DNA from: an uncultured delta proteobacterium
Lineage (GTDB): Bacteria; Myxococcota_A; Polyangia; Polyangiales; Polyangiaceae
NCBI GenBank assembly: GCA_963716725.1
Contig: CAVQUB010000008.1
Location: 320,001-384,000, forward strand
Reading direction: 5' to 3'
DNA length: 64,000 nt
Shown here: piece by piece, positions 11,224 to 23,014 of the stretch
How the letters are laid out: each line of letters starts with the position of its first letter
Numbering within the stretch: position 1 is the first letter of the stretch
The notes under the pieces: generated by a model
What the model saw: only the letters and a program-made list of their open reading frames with translations
What the model was told of the DNA's origin: nothing
Database searches by the model: none
Translations under genes and position numbers: made by a program

Positions 11224-11865
11224 TCAGCCGCTGCCGTAGCAGACCTCAGAGGGCAGCGCGCAGTTCTGGACGGCGCATGCGTCCAAGACGCCGCAGGTGG
11301 GGTTCGAGAAACACGCCTGGCACGCCGGCGTCTGGCCCGGGCTCGCGTTGCAGCCTTCCAAGCAATCGGCCATGCCCAGCCCCGAGCAGCACGCCGTCAA
11401 CTTGGCGCAGGACTCGGAGCAGCTGAGCGTCGAGCCTCCGCCGCTGCCTCCGCCCCCGCCGCTGCCTCCGCCGCTGCCTCCGCCGCCACCGGTGCCGCTC
11501 GACGTGCCGCAACTCCCCGAGTTGCAGGTCGCGGTCCAGTCGCAGGTCCCGTTGGAGTCCGTGCACGAACCGCTCGAAGTCTTGCCGTTCACACTTCCGG
11601 AGCAGTTGCCCGAAGTGTCACCGAAGCTGATACCGGTGTCGGTGACGCTGCCGGTGTAGACGTCGCCGCTCGGGGAGCAGTTGACCGTGATCGAACACCC
11701 GTTCTGCGAAATGGTGCAGGCGTTGTCCGGGCACGCGCCAGAAAGGCTCCAGCTGCCGTCGACGTTTGCGCAGGTGCCTGACCCGCCGCCGCTATTACTC
11801 GAGCTGCAGGCCAGAGCGAGTGTTGTGATGACCAGCGATCCGACGAGCCACTTGGAGAGTCGCAT
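11224..11865 (-). CDS. Cys/Gly/Ser-rich lipoprotein
   Basis: Lipobox LALAC; two Cys-rich domains joined by a poly-Gly linker. Confidence 0.8.
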   Translation of the reverse strand: MRLSKWLVGSLVITTLALACSSSNSGGGSGTCANVDGSWSLSGACPDNACTISQNGCSITVNCSPSGDVYTGSVTDTGISFGDTSGNCSGSVNGKTSSGSCTDSNGTCDWTATCNSGSCGTSSGTGGGGGSGGGSGGGGGSGGGSTLSCSESCAKLTACCSGLGMADCLEGCNASPGQTPACQACFSNPTCGVLDACAVQNCALPSEVCYGSG

Positions 11866-12014
11866 GGGCCGAGCCTACCTCGGCAGACAGCCAAGTCCAG
11901 CCGCGAGCAGGGCTCGCGAGTCGCCGGTTCCGCCGCCGGTGGGCGGGTAGTCGAAGGTGCGACTCGACCTGCGTCGCGCGCCCTTTCCGGTCGGGAGACG
12001 GCGGAAAGCGCCGC

Positions 12015-13688
12015 TCAGCGCAGGAGCGTCGCGAGCTTGTGCTCGAGGTCGCGAACCTGAAAGGGCTTGCGGACCAGCGGACACTGCGGCGCGAGTTGAT
12101 GGGCCATTTCAGCGAATGAATCGGTGCCCGTCACGAAGACGATGCGGTGGCGAAGCTCGGGCCAGCGTTGGGCGATCGACTCGTAGAGCGCCATGCCGTC
12201 CATCTCGGGCATCTGCAGATCGGAGATCACCAGATCCGGTCGCTTCTGCATGATCTCATGCAGCGCGAAGCTGCCGTTCTCTGCGAAGCGCAGCTTGTGA
12301 CCCCGGAACGCCCTCGCGTAGGCGCTGCGCACCAAGGGATCGTCGTCGACGATCAGGAGCTCGACCCCCACGGGTAAGCGCAGCGCGGAGCCGGGCGTTG
12401 TCTGCTTGGACGCGACGCGTTCCATCGGCAAGCGGACCTTGAACGCCGTTCCGATCCCGGGCTTGCTCTCGACGGCGATCTCGCCGCCGCATTCGGAGAC
12501 GATTTCTCGCACCAGACTCAGCCCGATGCCGTGTCCGCCGACGCGGTAGGTCACGAAGGGCTCGAAGATGTTGCCGCGCTGCTCGCCGGTCAGCCCGATG
12601 CCGGTGTCCGCGACTTCGAGCTCGACGCGATCGTCTACCTTGCGCGTGCGAACCGTGACGACGTTCGGTCGGCCCGCGGCGACGTCCGCCGCCTCCGCGG
12701 CATTGCCCACCAGGTTCATCACCACCTGCGCGAGCCGTCCCGTGCTGCCGCGCACGTTGACGCGGTCTTCGGTCAGCTGAAGATCGAGCTTTGCGCGCAG
12801 TCGTTCGATGCTCGCGACCCGGCATGCCGTGCGCACGACGTCGTTGAAGTCGAAGACCTCGTCGCGCTCGGTTCCGTAGCGCGCTACGCTGCTCAGGTCG
12901 TTGGAGATCCGCCGCATCAGCGAGAGGCCGGTCACGCACTCGTCCAGGATGCCGTGGAGCTCGAAGCCGAGTTGTGCGGCGTTTTGGGCGACCTCCGGAT
13001 CGAGCTCGGCCCAGGTCCTACCGTTCATGAGCTGCCCAAGGGCGGCCGCAAGGTCGGTCGCGCTCTCCTGCAGGACCGAGACGTTGGTCTGCACGTAGGC
13101 GAGGGGGTTGTTGATTTCGTGGGCCAGCGAAGCGGCGAAGCGACCGATGGATGCCAAGCGTTCGCTGAGCACGCGGCGGCTCTCGCTCTCTTGGAGCTGA
13201 ACCAGAGCCCGCTCGAGCTCGCGATTCTGCAACCTGAGCGCCTCGGTCTGCGCCCGGCGGTCGAGGCGCAAGAACAGGCGGTTCGCAGCGCCCGCCACGG
13301 CGACCTTCAACTCCTGCGTCGCGAAGGGCTTCGCGACGCAGGAGAAGATACCGAGCTCGATGGCCCGCGACAGCGATTCGACGTCCGCGTGCGCGGTGAT
13401 GACAATCACCTCGAAGTCCTCTCGGACTCCGACCAACTGTTCGAGCAGCTCCAGCCCGCTTAGCCCGGGCAGGTTCACGTCCACGAGCAAAATTGGTGAC
13501 TCGTACCCGGCGACTTTCTCCAGGAGTTCTTCGGCGCTGCCGAAGTGCGAAACGACGTAGCCTGCGGCGCCGAGGATGGTACGGATCAGGCGAGCGATCG
13601 CCGGATCGTCCTCGACCAAGACCACCGGGAACGCGTCCGGGGACGGTGGATTCTTGGAGATCGGGGTCAGGCTGGGCTGGCCGGTCAT
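12015..13688 (-). CDS. Hybrid histidine kinase (REC-HisKA-HATPase-REC)
   Basis: LVEDD...DVNLPG receiver, AHEINNPL H-box, N/G1/F/G2 boxes, C-terminal IVDDD...SDLQMP receiver. Confidence 0.93.
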   Translation of the reverse strand: MTGQPSLTPISKNPPSPDAFPVVLVEDDPAIARLIRTILGAAGYVVSHFGSAEELLEKVAGYESPILLVDVNLPGLSGLELLEQLVGVREDFEVIVITAHADVESLSRAIELGIFSCVAKPFATQELKVAVAGAANRLFLRLDRRAQTEALRLQNRELERALVQLQESESRRVLSERLASIGRFAASLAHEINNPLAYVQTNVSVLQESATDLAAALGQLMNGRTWAELDPEVAQNAAQLGFELHGILDECVTGLSLMRRISNDLSSVARYGTERDEVFDFNDVVRTACRVASIERLRAKLDLQLTEDRVNVRGSTGRLAQVVMNLVGNAAEAADVAAGRPNVVTVRTRKVDDRVELEVADTGIGLTGEQRGNIFEPFVTYRVGGHGIGLSLVREIVSECGGEIAVESKPGIGTAFKVRLPMERVASKQTTPGSALRLPVGVELLIVDDDPLVRSAYARAFRGHKLRFAENGSFALHEIMQKRPDLVISDLQMPEMDGMALYESIAQRWPELRHRIVFVTGTDSFAEMAHQLAPQCPLVRKPFQVRDLEHKLATLLR

Positions 13689-13819
13689 CGCGTCTCGCTG
13701 CTCGTTCCACGGTGGCGGCCGCAGGGCCTCGCAGAGCACGACGCCAGCCATACCACGGCTTGCGCCCGGCGTCGGCGCCGACGCCGACGGCGTTGTCCTG
13801 GGCGTCGACCTCCGCAAAA

Positions 13820-15148
13820 CTACTTGGCGCAACGCAGCAGAGCCCAGCCGCCGATCGGAAGGGCCGAGTCAGCGGTTGTCTTCGTGAGCCAAGTCACCGC
13901 GACTCGGTCCCGGGCCGCCGCCGCCGCGATGCGCGTTCCGTCGAAAGCGCTCAGGTTCATGGTGCCGAGCGATCCGGCGAAGTCCATCGAAACCGCCGGC
14001 CCAGCAGCGAGCGAGCCGTTGGCTCCGTCGAGGCGGTAGACGCTGATGCCGCCGCTGCGGGCCTGCACGACGAAGAGGTGGTCGCGCAGCACCACGAGCG
14101 CGCCGCCCATGACGGTGCCCTTGCCGATTTGCATGGGGACCGTCGGGCTGATCGCGCCGAGCTTCCACACCGCGGGCTGCACGGTCATGCCCACGGTGGC
14201 GGGGATGGCGGCCGCGAGCTTGTCATTCCAGGCGACGAGCGCAGCCCAGGGCGCGGCTCGCGGCAACGAAAGCTCGTGGCTGAGGTCCAGCGTGTCGCTC
14301 GAACGATCGCCGACCTTGACTACGGTGGTGCCTTCGCCGCCGCTCTGCACGGGGGCCAAGAACGCGCGAACCTGCGGGCTGGTTGCGACCATGGTGTAGG
14401 CAACGTCCGCGTCGCCGAAGGGCTTGGCGATGGGCACGCTGGTCTTGAATGCCGATCCCTCCAGCACCAAGCGCTCGACGGACGGCGAGTCCGCCTGGTG
14501 TTGCACGCGGTAAACGAGCTCCCAGTCGTCGTTGCCGGCGGCAGGCGCGATGGCGCCGCTCTGCGACATCCAGAGCTGCTTGAAGGACTTGTTCCGTGGG
14601 CCCACCGCCTGTTCGACCTGTCCCTTCGAGTTGAAGGGAATGAACACCGCGCCAGCGCCTTGACCGCAATCCGGCAGGCTGGTGGTCATCATCCCGGAGG
14701 TGCCCGCGGAGGCCATGCCCACGCCGTCCTCTGGGACCTGGTTGGCGCAACCGCTGAGGTCGAAGTTCTGCGCCGGCGAGAGAGCGCCGTCGTCCTTCAG
14801 GAACGCGAGCACCGCGCGCATCGAGTCTCCATCTTGATCGCGGTAGCCGAGCATGAAGCCGTCAGCGGTCGCGGCGATCGCAGGCCCCGATAGCCGCGCG
14901 CCATCGAAGACCGCCCCTGGCAGCGAACCCGTGGATTCGACCTCCAGCTTGCAGCCGGTCGCGGTCGTGCCGCCCGAGCTGGCCCCTCCCGTTCCCACCG
15001 CGCCGCCCGCGCCGCCCGCGCCGCCCGCGCCGCCACCGATGTCGTTGGTCGTGGAGCCGCCGCAGGCCAGGACCAGGCTGGTGAAAGTCACGCACCCCGC
15101 GAGCAGGTCGAGTCGAATCGAACTCCTTCGCGCCCCGCTGCACCCCAT
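13820..15148 (-). CDS. Lipoprotein, beta-rich, unknown function
   Basis: Lipobox VLAC, Gly-rich linker, globular domain. Confidence 0.75.
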   Translation of the reverse strand: MGCSGARRSSIRLDLLAGCVTFTSLVLACGGSTTNDIGGGAGGAGGAGGAVGTGGASSGGTTATGCKLEVESTGSLPGAVFDGARLSGPAIAATADGFMLGYRDQDGDSMRAVLAFLKDDGALSPAQNFDLSGCANQVPEDGVGMASAGTSGMMTTSLPDCGQGAGAVFIPFNSKGQVEQAVGPRNKSFKQLWMSQSGAIAPAAGNDDWELVYRVQHQADSPSVERLVLEGSAFKTSVPIAKPFGDADVAYTMVATSPQVRAFLAPVQSGGEGTTVVKVGDRSSDTLDLSHELSLPRAAPWAALVAWNDKLAAAIPATVGMTVQPAVWKLGAISPTVPMQIGKGTVMGGALVVLRDHLFVVQARSGGISVYRLDGANGSLAAGPAVSMDFAGSLGTMNLSAFDGTRIAAAAARDRVAVTWLTKTTADSALPIGGWALLRCAK

Positions 15149-15229
15149 CGCTGCGCCAGCGTACCGCGTTCCCCGGCCAACGTCGACGCCTACCGCGCCG
15201 TCTGCCGTCGTGGCAACCTGCGGTCGAGC

Positions 15230-16498
15230 ATGGCAGGCGACGCGTCGAGCACCATCGAGCATCGCGGACCGTCGCAGCCGAAGGCCGGTCTGCGTCGGCC
15301 CGCGCTCATCTGCGTCCATCCGAGGGCGTCGGCGGTTGCGCTGCCGGACTCGGGCAGCGTCGTGGGTCGCGACTGGCTCGCCAAGAACGGTCTGGCCGAC
15401 ACCGAGGTGTCGGGAGCCCACCTCGAGGTCGACCGAGCCGGCGGTGTTCTGCGCGTCGCCGACGCGGGATCGCGCAACGGCACCTGGGTCAACGGGCACC
15501 GGCTTCGAGCCCACGACAAAACGCCCCTCGACGACGGGGCGACGCTGCGCATCGGTCGCACGCTCTTCGTGCATCGCGACAAGTTCATGGGTTCGTTCGA
15601 ACCTGCGGCCCCGGTGGGCGAGTTGGTGGGGCCCTACGGTCTGCGCGGGGTCGCCGCGGTCATCGAGGGTCTCGCGAGCACGCGCCCAGGCAACGTGCTG
15701 GTGCAGGGTGAGACCGGGACGGGCAAAGAGCTGGTGGCGCGGGCGGTCGCAGCTGCCTTCGGGCGTCAGCAAAGGCTGGCGGCCGTGAACGTGGCGAGCG
15801 TGGCCCGCGGGGTCTTCGAGTCGCAGATGTTCGGACACGTGGCGGGGGCGTTTTCGGATGCCAAGGCCGCGGCGCCCGGGATCGTCGTGGCCCACGACAC
15901 CGGAACCATCTTCCTCGACGAGATCGGCGAGCTCGATCTCGGGCTACAGGCAAAGTTGCTGCGGCTGCTGGAGAACCGGGAGGTGCTCCCGGTCGGCGCT
16001 CAGCGCGCCGTGCAGGTCGACGTGCTCTTCGTCGCCGCGACCCACCGCGATCTCGAAGCCATGGTCGAGGGCGGTGAGTTCCGTCGCGACCTCTTGGCCC
16101 GACTCGCCATGGCCAGCATCGAGCTGCCGGCGCTCCGCGATCGCAGCGAAGACATCTTCGAGATCGTTCGAGCGCTGTGGCGGCGCGCAGAGGTGACGGC
16201 GCCGCCGCCCGATCAGATCGAGGTCGAGGCCGTCGAGCGCCTGCTGCTCGAGCCCTGGCCGAGCAACGTGCGCGAGCTCGACACGGTGCTCGCGGCCGTG
16301 CGTCGTGTCGATCGCGAGCCTGGCTTGCGTCTCTGGGCCCTGGAGCAAGTGCTGGGCGAGCGCTCGGGATCGAAGACCGCCCTGACCCGCGACGTGGTCG
16401 ACGCCGCGGTGGCGGCCCAAGGCGGCAATGTGACGGCAGCAGCGGCGAAGCTCGGCGTTTCTCGGGGCAAGCTGCTGCGTTTGTTGAAGCGAGGCTGA
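15230..16498 (+). CDS. FHA-domain sigma54-dependent transcriptional activator
   Basis: FHA (VGR, GSRNGTWVNG), GETGTGKE, GAFSDA loop, FLDEIGE, WPSNVREL, C-terminal HTH. Confidence 0.93.
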   Translation: MAGDASSTIEHRGPSQPKAGLRRPALICVHPRASAVALPDSGSVVGRDWLAKNGLADTEVSGAHLEVDRAGGVLRVADAGSRNGTWVNGHRLRAHDKTPLDDGATLRIGRTLFVHRDKFMGSFEPAAPVGELVGPYGLRGVAAVIEGLASTRPGNVLVQGETGTGKELVARAVAAAFGRQQRLAAVNVASVARGVFESQMFGHVAGAFSDAKAAAPGIVVAHDTGTIFLDEIGELDLGLQAKLLRLLENREVLPVGAQRAVQVDVLFVAATHRDLEAMVEGGEFRRDLLARLAMASIELPALRDRSEDIFEIVRALWRRAEVTAPPPDQIEVEAVERLLLEPWPSNVRELDTVLAAVRRVDREPGLRLWALEQVLGERSGSKTALTRDVVDAAVAAQGGNVTAAAAKLGVSRGKLLRLLKRG

Positions 16499-16502
16499 GG
16501 CG

Positions 16503-18401
<1,899 letters not shown>

Positions 18402-18423
18402 CGGACGAGGGTCCCGCCTGCGA

Positions 18424-18810
18424 TCAGTCCGTGCCGGAGTCCGGCGGGATCTTCAAGCAGGCCTGAGGCGCGTCCGCACCGCTGTCTTCTACTGGACTGA
18501 GACAAGGTTGCGGATTGGCGTCCGCGTCTTCGCCTGCGTCGTAGGGCGGCTGCAGGCAGGGCTGTGATCCCGCCGAGCCACCGGTATTCGATCCGCCGGA
18601 GCCCGCAGCGCCGCCGGAGCCCGCAGCGCCGCCGGAGCCTGCGGCACCGCCGCTTCCGCCCGTCGCCACGCCGCCGGTTCCGCCGCCTCCGTCCGACTCG
18701 GTGTCGCCGCAGGCGACGGCGCCAGCAACGATGCCGGCGCTGGCGAGCGCGGCCGCGACGAAGCGCGCGCGGCGCGCGAGGATCACTCGTTTCGATTCAC
18801 GGTCCGACAT
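18424..18810 (-). CDS. Small lipoprotein/peptide with three Q(P/A)CL motifs
   Basis: KRVILARRARFVAAAL leader, lipobox AVAC, GSGGAA linker, repeated PCL/ACL cores. Confidence 0.75.
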   Translation of the reverse strand: MSDRESKRVILARRARFVAAALASAGIVAGAVACGDTESDGGGGTGGVATGGSGGAAGSGGAAGSGGAAGSGGSNTGGSAGSQPCLQPPYDAGEDADANPQPCLSPVEDSGADAPQACLKIPPDSGTD

Positions 18811-18868
18811 CTTGCACCCACCAGAATTATGCCCGAGTTTCGGGGGGCGCGTGTACCCTCTTCGAAGC

Positions 18869-19270
18869 ATGTCGATCCGACGTTCCGTTTCCGCGCTGTT
18901 CTTCGTGACTCTGCTGAGCGCTCCGGCGTTGGCCGACGTCCCTCCGGGTCCGGGCCCAGGCCCTCCGCCGGCCGCGGAGTGCACCGCTCAGAGCATGGCG
19001 TCGTCGCACGATCAATGCGTGGACTGTTCGGCGTCTTACGAGCAACCGAACAAATGCCAAGAGCTGGCGTCGCAGGGCTATCGGCAGGCGTGTCGCGCTC
19101 AGGGAGCGTCGGTGTGGAACGAGGTCTGGTGTCGCGGCGGCGGCGGGCAGCCCGAGCAGCGTCGCGGCTGCGGCGCGTGCGCGGTCGGCACGGACGAAGC
19201 GTCGAGCTCGATGCTCGCGATGGCTCTGGCGGCCCTCGGTGCGCTCGCCTGGGCTGCGCGGCGGCGCTGA
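18869..19270 (+). CDS. Secreted Cys-rich protein with MYXO-CTERM-like sorting tail
   Basis: Signal peptide (ALA-D), GCGACAV + hydrophobic helix + RRR C-terminus. Confidence 0.8.
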   Translation: MSIRRSVSALFFVTLLSAPALADVPPGPGPGPPPAAECTAQSMASSHDQCVDCSASYEQPNKCQELASQGYRQACRAQGASVWNEVWCRGGGGQPEQRRGCGACAVGTDEASSSMLAMALAALGALAWAARRR

Positions 19271-19281
19271 GCGTGTAAGCT

Positions 19282-19833
19282 TTGGCGGTGCTGCTCGCTG
19301 CCCGCCACTTGATCGACCGCACCCGCCACCCCCGAGGGCGGGCGGACGCGCTGTTGCAGTTGCGCACTCGTCTCGAAAAGCTGCCGAGCACGCGCGGGGT
19401 CGCCCCCGAGCGCGTGTCTCTCGCCCGCCGACTGGGTGAGCTGCGCCAGCAGCTGACCGACGCCCTGCGAGACGTGCGCTCCTGCTCCGGGTGCGCCGTC
19501 GGGCACCCGGAGCCCTACGGCCACTGGTCCGGCGGTCACTGCTGCGGCGGCGAGACGCCGCGCGTGTTCACCGACGACGAGCTCGCGGTGCTGAAGCTGT
19601 CGGGAACGACCTCATCCAAGCTGACGCCGCCGCGATCGGACTTTGCGGGCTGCGCATTTCGCGGCCCGGTCGGTTGCTCACTCGAGCCCGGGGACCGCCC
19701 GACGCTCTGCGTGCGGTTCGTGTGCATGGAGCTGGAACGAGAGCTGCGACAAAGAGGAGATCTACCCAAGATCCGCGCCCTGCAGCGCGAGCTGAGCGAA
19801 ACATTCGCGCGCCTCACGCGTCGTGATGTCTGA
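19282..19833 (+). CDS. Cys-cluster protein, YkgJ-like metal/Fe-S-binding
   Basis: CSGC...HCC...CAF...C...RPTLCVRFVC pattern. Confidence 0.6.
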   Translation: MAVLLAARHLIDRTRHPRGRADALLQLRTRLEKLPSTRGVAPERVSLARRLGELRQQLTDALRDVRSCSGCAVGHPEPYGHWSGGHCCGGETPRVFTDDELAVLKLSGTTSSKLTPPRSDFAGCAFRGPVGCSLEPGDRPTLCVRFVCMELERELRQRGDLPKIRALQRELSETFARLTRRDV

Positions 19834-19845
19834 CACGCGGTCCGC

Positions 19846-20178
19846 TCACTCGAGCAGCTGATCGACCTTCGCGGCGCAGATGAAGTCGTTCTCGGAGAGC
19901 CCGCCTATCGCGTGGGTCCAGTAGCGCACCTCGCACTTGCCCCAGCCCACCAGCAGGTCGGGGTGGTGGTCCTCGCGGTGGGCCATCCAGGCGACCGCGT
20001 TCACGAAGGCCATGGTGCGGTAATAGTCCTTGAACGCGTACTCGCGCCGGATCTGCTTTCCATCTTCGGAAATTATCCACTCGGGGACCTGTCGGTGCAG
20101 CTCCGTCGCCTCTTGCAGCGTGAGGGCGGGGATGCCTCCCTCGCAGGGGACGCAGCTCTTGGTGCAGAGTTGATTCAT
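19846..20178 (-). CDS. phhB: Pterin-4-alpha-carbinolamine dehydratase
   Basis: CVPCEGG, EDHHPDL, THAIGGLSENDFICAAK. Confidence 0.95.
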   Translation of the reverse strand: MNQLCTKSCVPCEGGIPALTLQEATELHRQVPEWIISEDGKQIRREYAFKDYYRTMAFVNAVAWMAHREDHHPDLLVGWGKCEVRYWTHAIGGLSENDFICAAKVDQLLE

Positions 20179-20363
20179 CACGACCTCCGTATCGTGCTCG
20201 TCGTAGGACCCTCTCGCCGAATCGCCAGTGCTGCGCCATTGGAGCTGGTATCGACGGCGCTCGTGCCGAATATCGGCTATTTTCCAGCGCCGGCCTCCCG
20301 CTGTCCGCGGTCGCGCTCTATGTGGAGTGCGGCGTCACTCAGGCGCGCCGCGTCCGGATCACG

Positions 20364-21836
20364 ATGGGAATGCTCGCCTTCGACAACAGCTACGCCCGCC
20401 TACCGGACCGCTTCTACGCGCGCATCGCGCCCACCACGGTCGCTGACCCTCAGCTCTTGAGAGTCAACCGGCCCTTGGCCGAGCTGCTCGGCGTCGACGC
20501 GGATCTGCTCGGGTCCCCCGCGCTGGCCTCCGTCTTTTCCGGCAACGAGATCCCCGAGGGCGCCGAGCCCATCGCGCTGGCCTACGCTGGCCATCAGTTC
20601 GGCATGTTCGTGCCGCAGCTCGGCGACGGTCGGGCGGTGCTCTTGGGCGAGGTGATCGGCAAAGACGGACAACGGCGCGACATCCAGCTCAAGGGCGCGG
20701 GGCGCACGCCCTTCTCCCGCGGGGGCGATGGCCGCGCTGCGCTCGGCCCAGTACTGCGTGAGTACGTCGTGAGCGAGGCGATGGCGGCGCTCGGCGTCCC
20801 GACCACGCGGGCGCTGGCCGCAGTCTCGACCGGCGAGCCGGTCGTCCGCGACGAGCTGCTGCCGGGCGCCGTGCTCACCCGGGTCGCCACCAGTCACATC
20901 CGGGTGGGCACGTTCCAGTTCTTCGCCGCGCGGCGCGACCAAGAGGCCCTCGGCCTGCTCGCCGCCCACGCGCTGGCCCGCCACTACCCCGCCGCCGTCG
21001 GCAGCGGGAACGACGCGCTCGCCCTGATCGAGCAGGTGATCGCTGCGCAAGCCGAGCTGATCGCGAGCTGGCTCGGATTTGGATTCGTGCACGGCGTGAT
21101 GAACACCGACAACACCTCGATCTCGGGAGAGACCATCGACTACGGACCCTGCGCGTTCCTCGACGAGTTCGACCCGCACAAGAAGTTCAGCTCCATCGAC
21201 CACGCTGGGCGCTACGCATTCTCGAATCAGCCGCGCATGGCCCAATGGAACTTGGCGCGTCTCGCCGAGGCGTTGCTCGGCCTCCTCGCCGACGACGAGC
21301 AGCAGGCCGTCCGCCTGGCGACCGAGCAGCTGGAGCGCTTTCCTTCGCGCTTTGACGCGGCCTACGCGCGTGTCCTCCGGGCAAAGCTCGGGCTCGCGCG
21401 GGAGGAGCCCGGTGACGTGTCGCTCGCGCAGGGTCTCCTCGATCTGCTCGCGGCAAACCAGATCGACTACACGCGGTTTTTCCGCAAGCTCTGCGCCGCA
21501 GCGGGCGATCCTGCGGGGCAGGCCGGCCTCGAGTCCTGCTTCGAGGAACCGGCCGCCTTCCGCGCGTGGGCCGACACCTGGCGCGGTCGACTCGCCATCG
21601 AGGATCTCGACCCGGCCGCGCGCGCCGCGGCGATGCGGCGCGCCAACCCCGCGTTCATCCCGCGCAACCACCGCGTGCAAGAGGCGATAGACGCGGCGAT
21701 AGCTGGCGATCTGCGGCCCTTCGAAGCGCTGGTCGAGGTGCTCGCTCGACCTTGCGATGATCAGTCCGACTTCGAACACCTGGCCGAGCCTCCCCGTCCC
21801 GAGCAACGCGTGCTCGAGACCTTCTGCGGCACCTGA
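20364..21836 (+). CDS. selO: Protein adenylyltransferase SelO/YdiU
   Basis: YAGHQFG, QLGDGRA, QLKGAG, HGVMNTDN, IDYGP, C-terminal TFCGT. Confidence 0.95.
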   Translation: MGMLAFDNSYARLPDRFYARIAPTTVADPQLLRVNRPLAELLGVDADLLGSPALASVFSGNEIPEGAEPIALAYAGHQFGMFVPQLGDGRAVLLGEVIGKDGQRRDIQLKGAGRTPFSRGGDGRAALGPVLREYVVSEAMAALGVPTTRALAAVSTGEPVVRDELLPGAVLTRVATSHIRVGTFQFFAARRDQEALGLLAAHALARHYPAAVGSGNDALALIEQVIAAQAELIASWLGFGFVHGVMNTDNTSISGETIDYGPCAFLDEFDPHKKFSSIDHAGRYAFSNQPRMAQWNLARLAEALLGLLADDEQQAVRLATEQLERFPSRFDAAYARVLRAKLGLAREEPGDVSLAQGLLDLLAANQIDYTRFFRKLCAAAGDPAGQAGLESCFEEPAAFRAWADTWRGRLAIEDLDPAARAAAMRRANPAFIPRNHRVQEAIDAAIAGDLRPFEALVEVLARPCDDQSDFEHLAEPPRPEQRVLETFCGT

Positions 21837-21846
21837 GACGCAATCG

Positions 21847-22833
21847 CTAGAGTTGGTCGAGGGTCTGGCGCAGCAGGCCGCCGGCGTCGACGTAGGCCTG
21901 CCAGTGCCCCGGCGCCCAACCGGCGAGGAAACGACACAGGTCGGCCCAAGCGATGGGATAGAGCTGGCGCCATTCGTCTTCGACCCCGGCGCGCGTGGCC
22001 GAGTCCAGTTCGGGTCTCCGCTCGGCCATCCGCGCGCGCAAGATGCGAAAGTAGAGCTCCAGGGTCTGGGGCGTCCGCGCCTCGCACTCTTGGGCGTCCC
22101 AGCAGCTGCTGAAGAAGTACGCCACGTCCTTGATGCCTGAGCCGCCACCGACGTACTGAAAATCCACCGCCGCCACGCCGCGCTGGCCGAAGCAAAAGTT
22201 CGCGAGCTTGGCGTCGCCGTGCACCAGCGTCTTGAACTTGCAGGCGTTCAGCCGAGCGTCCAAGGTCGGTGCGGCGCGTCGCAGCCGGGCGTCCGAAATT
22301 GCGGGCAGCTCGTCCCGGCGAGTCGCCAGGTGCCAGTAGGTCCCCGTCTTCCACAGATCCGTCGGCCGCTGCCCGAGGAAGACCGCGTGAAAGTCGGCGA
22401 GCCAGGTCAGGCAGAGCTCGATCTCCGACTCGGACACGCTGCGGCGGCGTTCCGGGAATCCACTGGCGTCCAAGTCCTCCAAGACGAAGAGCCAACCCTC
22501 GGGCGTGCTCAGCCGCCGGGTCCCGAGGCAGCGCGGAACGCGAGAGATGGCCGTGCACCGCTCCGCGGTGCTCTCGTAGAAGGCGCACTCCACGGCGTAC
22601 GATCGCAGCTTTCGCTGGTGAGAAGCGTCGTTCTCGCGCTGGCGCCGCGCTTCTGGAGGCGTGACGCGCTTGACCACGACGCTCTCGATCGGCCCCCCTT
22701 CGAGGTGCACGCGTCGAATCTCTCCATACCCGCTCCACAGGCTCTGAATCGCGTCGCCCGAGATCGCGCGCTGGGCGCCCGCCCGCTCGGCGATCCAGCC
22801 GAGTGGCAACTCGCTCTCCGACCCGCGCATCAC
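21847..22833 (-). CDS. Phosphotransferase (EcKinase/DUF1679, choline-kinase-like)
   Basis: QSLWSGYG, HGDAKLANF, VDFQYVG, DVAYF. Confidence 0.85.
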   Translation of the reverse strand: MMRGSESELPLGWIAERAGAQRAISGDAIQSLWSGYGEIRRVHLEGGPIESVVVKRVTPPEARRQRENDASHQRKLRSYAVECAFYESTAERCTAISRVPRCLGTRRLSTPEGWLFVLEDLDASGFPERRRSVSESEIELCLTWLADFHAVFLGQRPTDLWKTGTYWHLATRRDELPAISDARLRRAAPTLDARLNACKFKTLVHGDAKLANFCFGQRGVAAVDFQYVGGGSGIKDVAYFFSSCWDAQECEARTPQTLELYFRILRARMAERRPELDSATRAGVEDEWRQLYPIAWADLCRFLAGWAPGHWQAYVDAGGLLRQTLDQL

Positions 22834-23014
22834 CGCCTTGTACCAGCTTCGGTCCGGCGGGTTCGGACACCGCGTATGGCTGGCAGGGGACGGTGGGTCT
22901 TGGGGGCAAGCTGCTCAGCGACCACGTGGGCGGAGCCAACTTTTGCGGAAAACACCGAGCCCGGCAGCTGCGGCCGACAGGCTTGCTTGAACGAAGCTGG
23001 TACACTCGGGCCGC

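Noticed and set aside
18590..18660. Short tandem DNA repeats (also about 3570-3650, 11430-11490, 45060-45170)
   Set aside because: They encode ordinary Gly/Ser/Ala linkers of lipoproteins.
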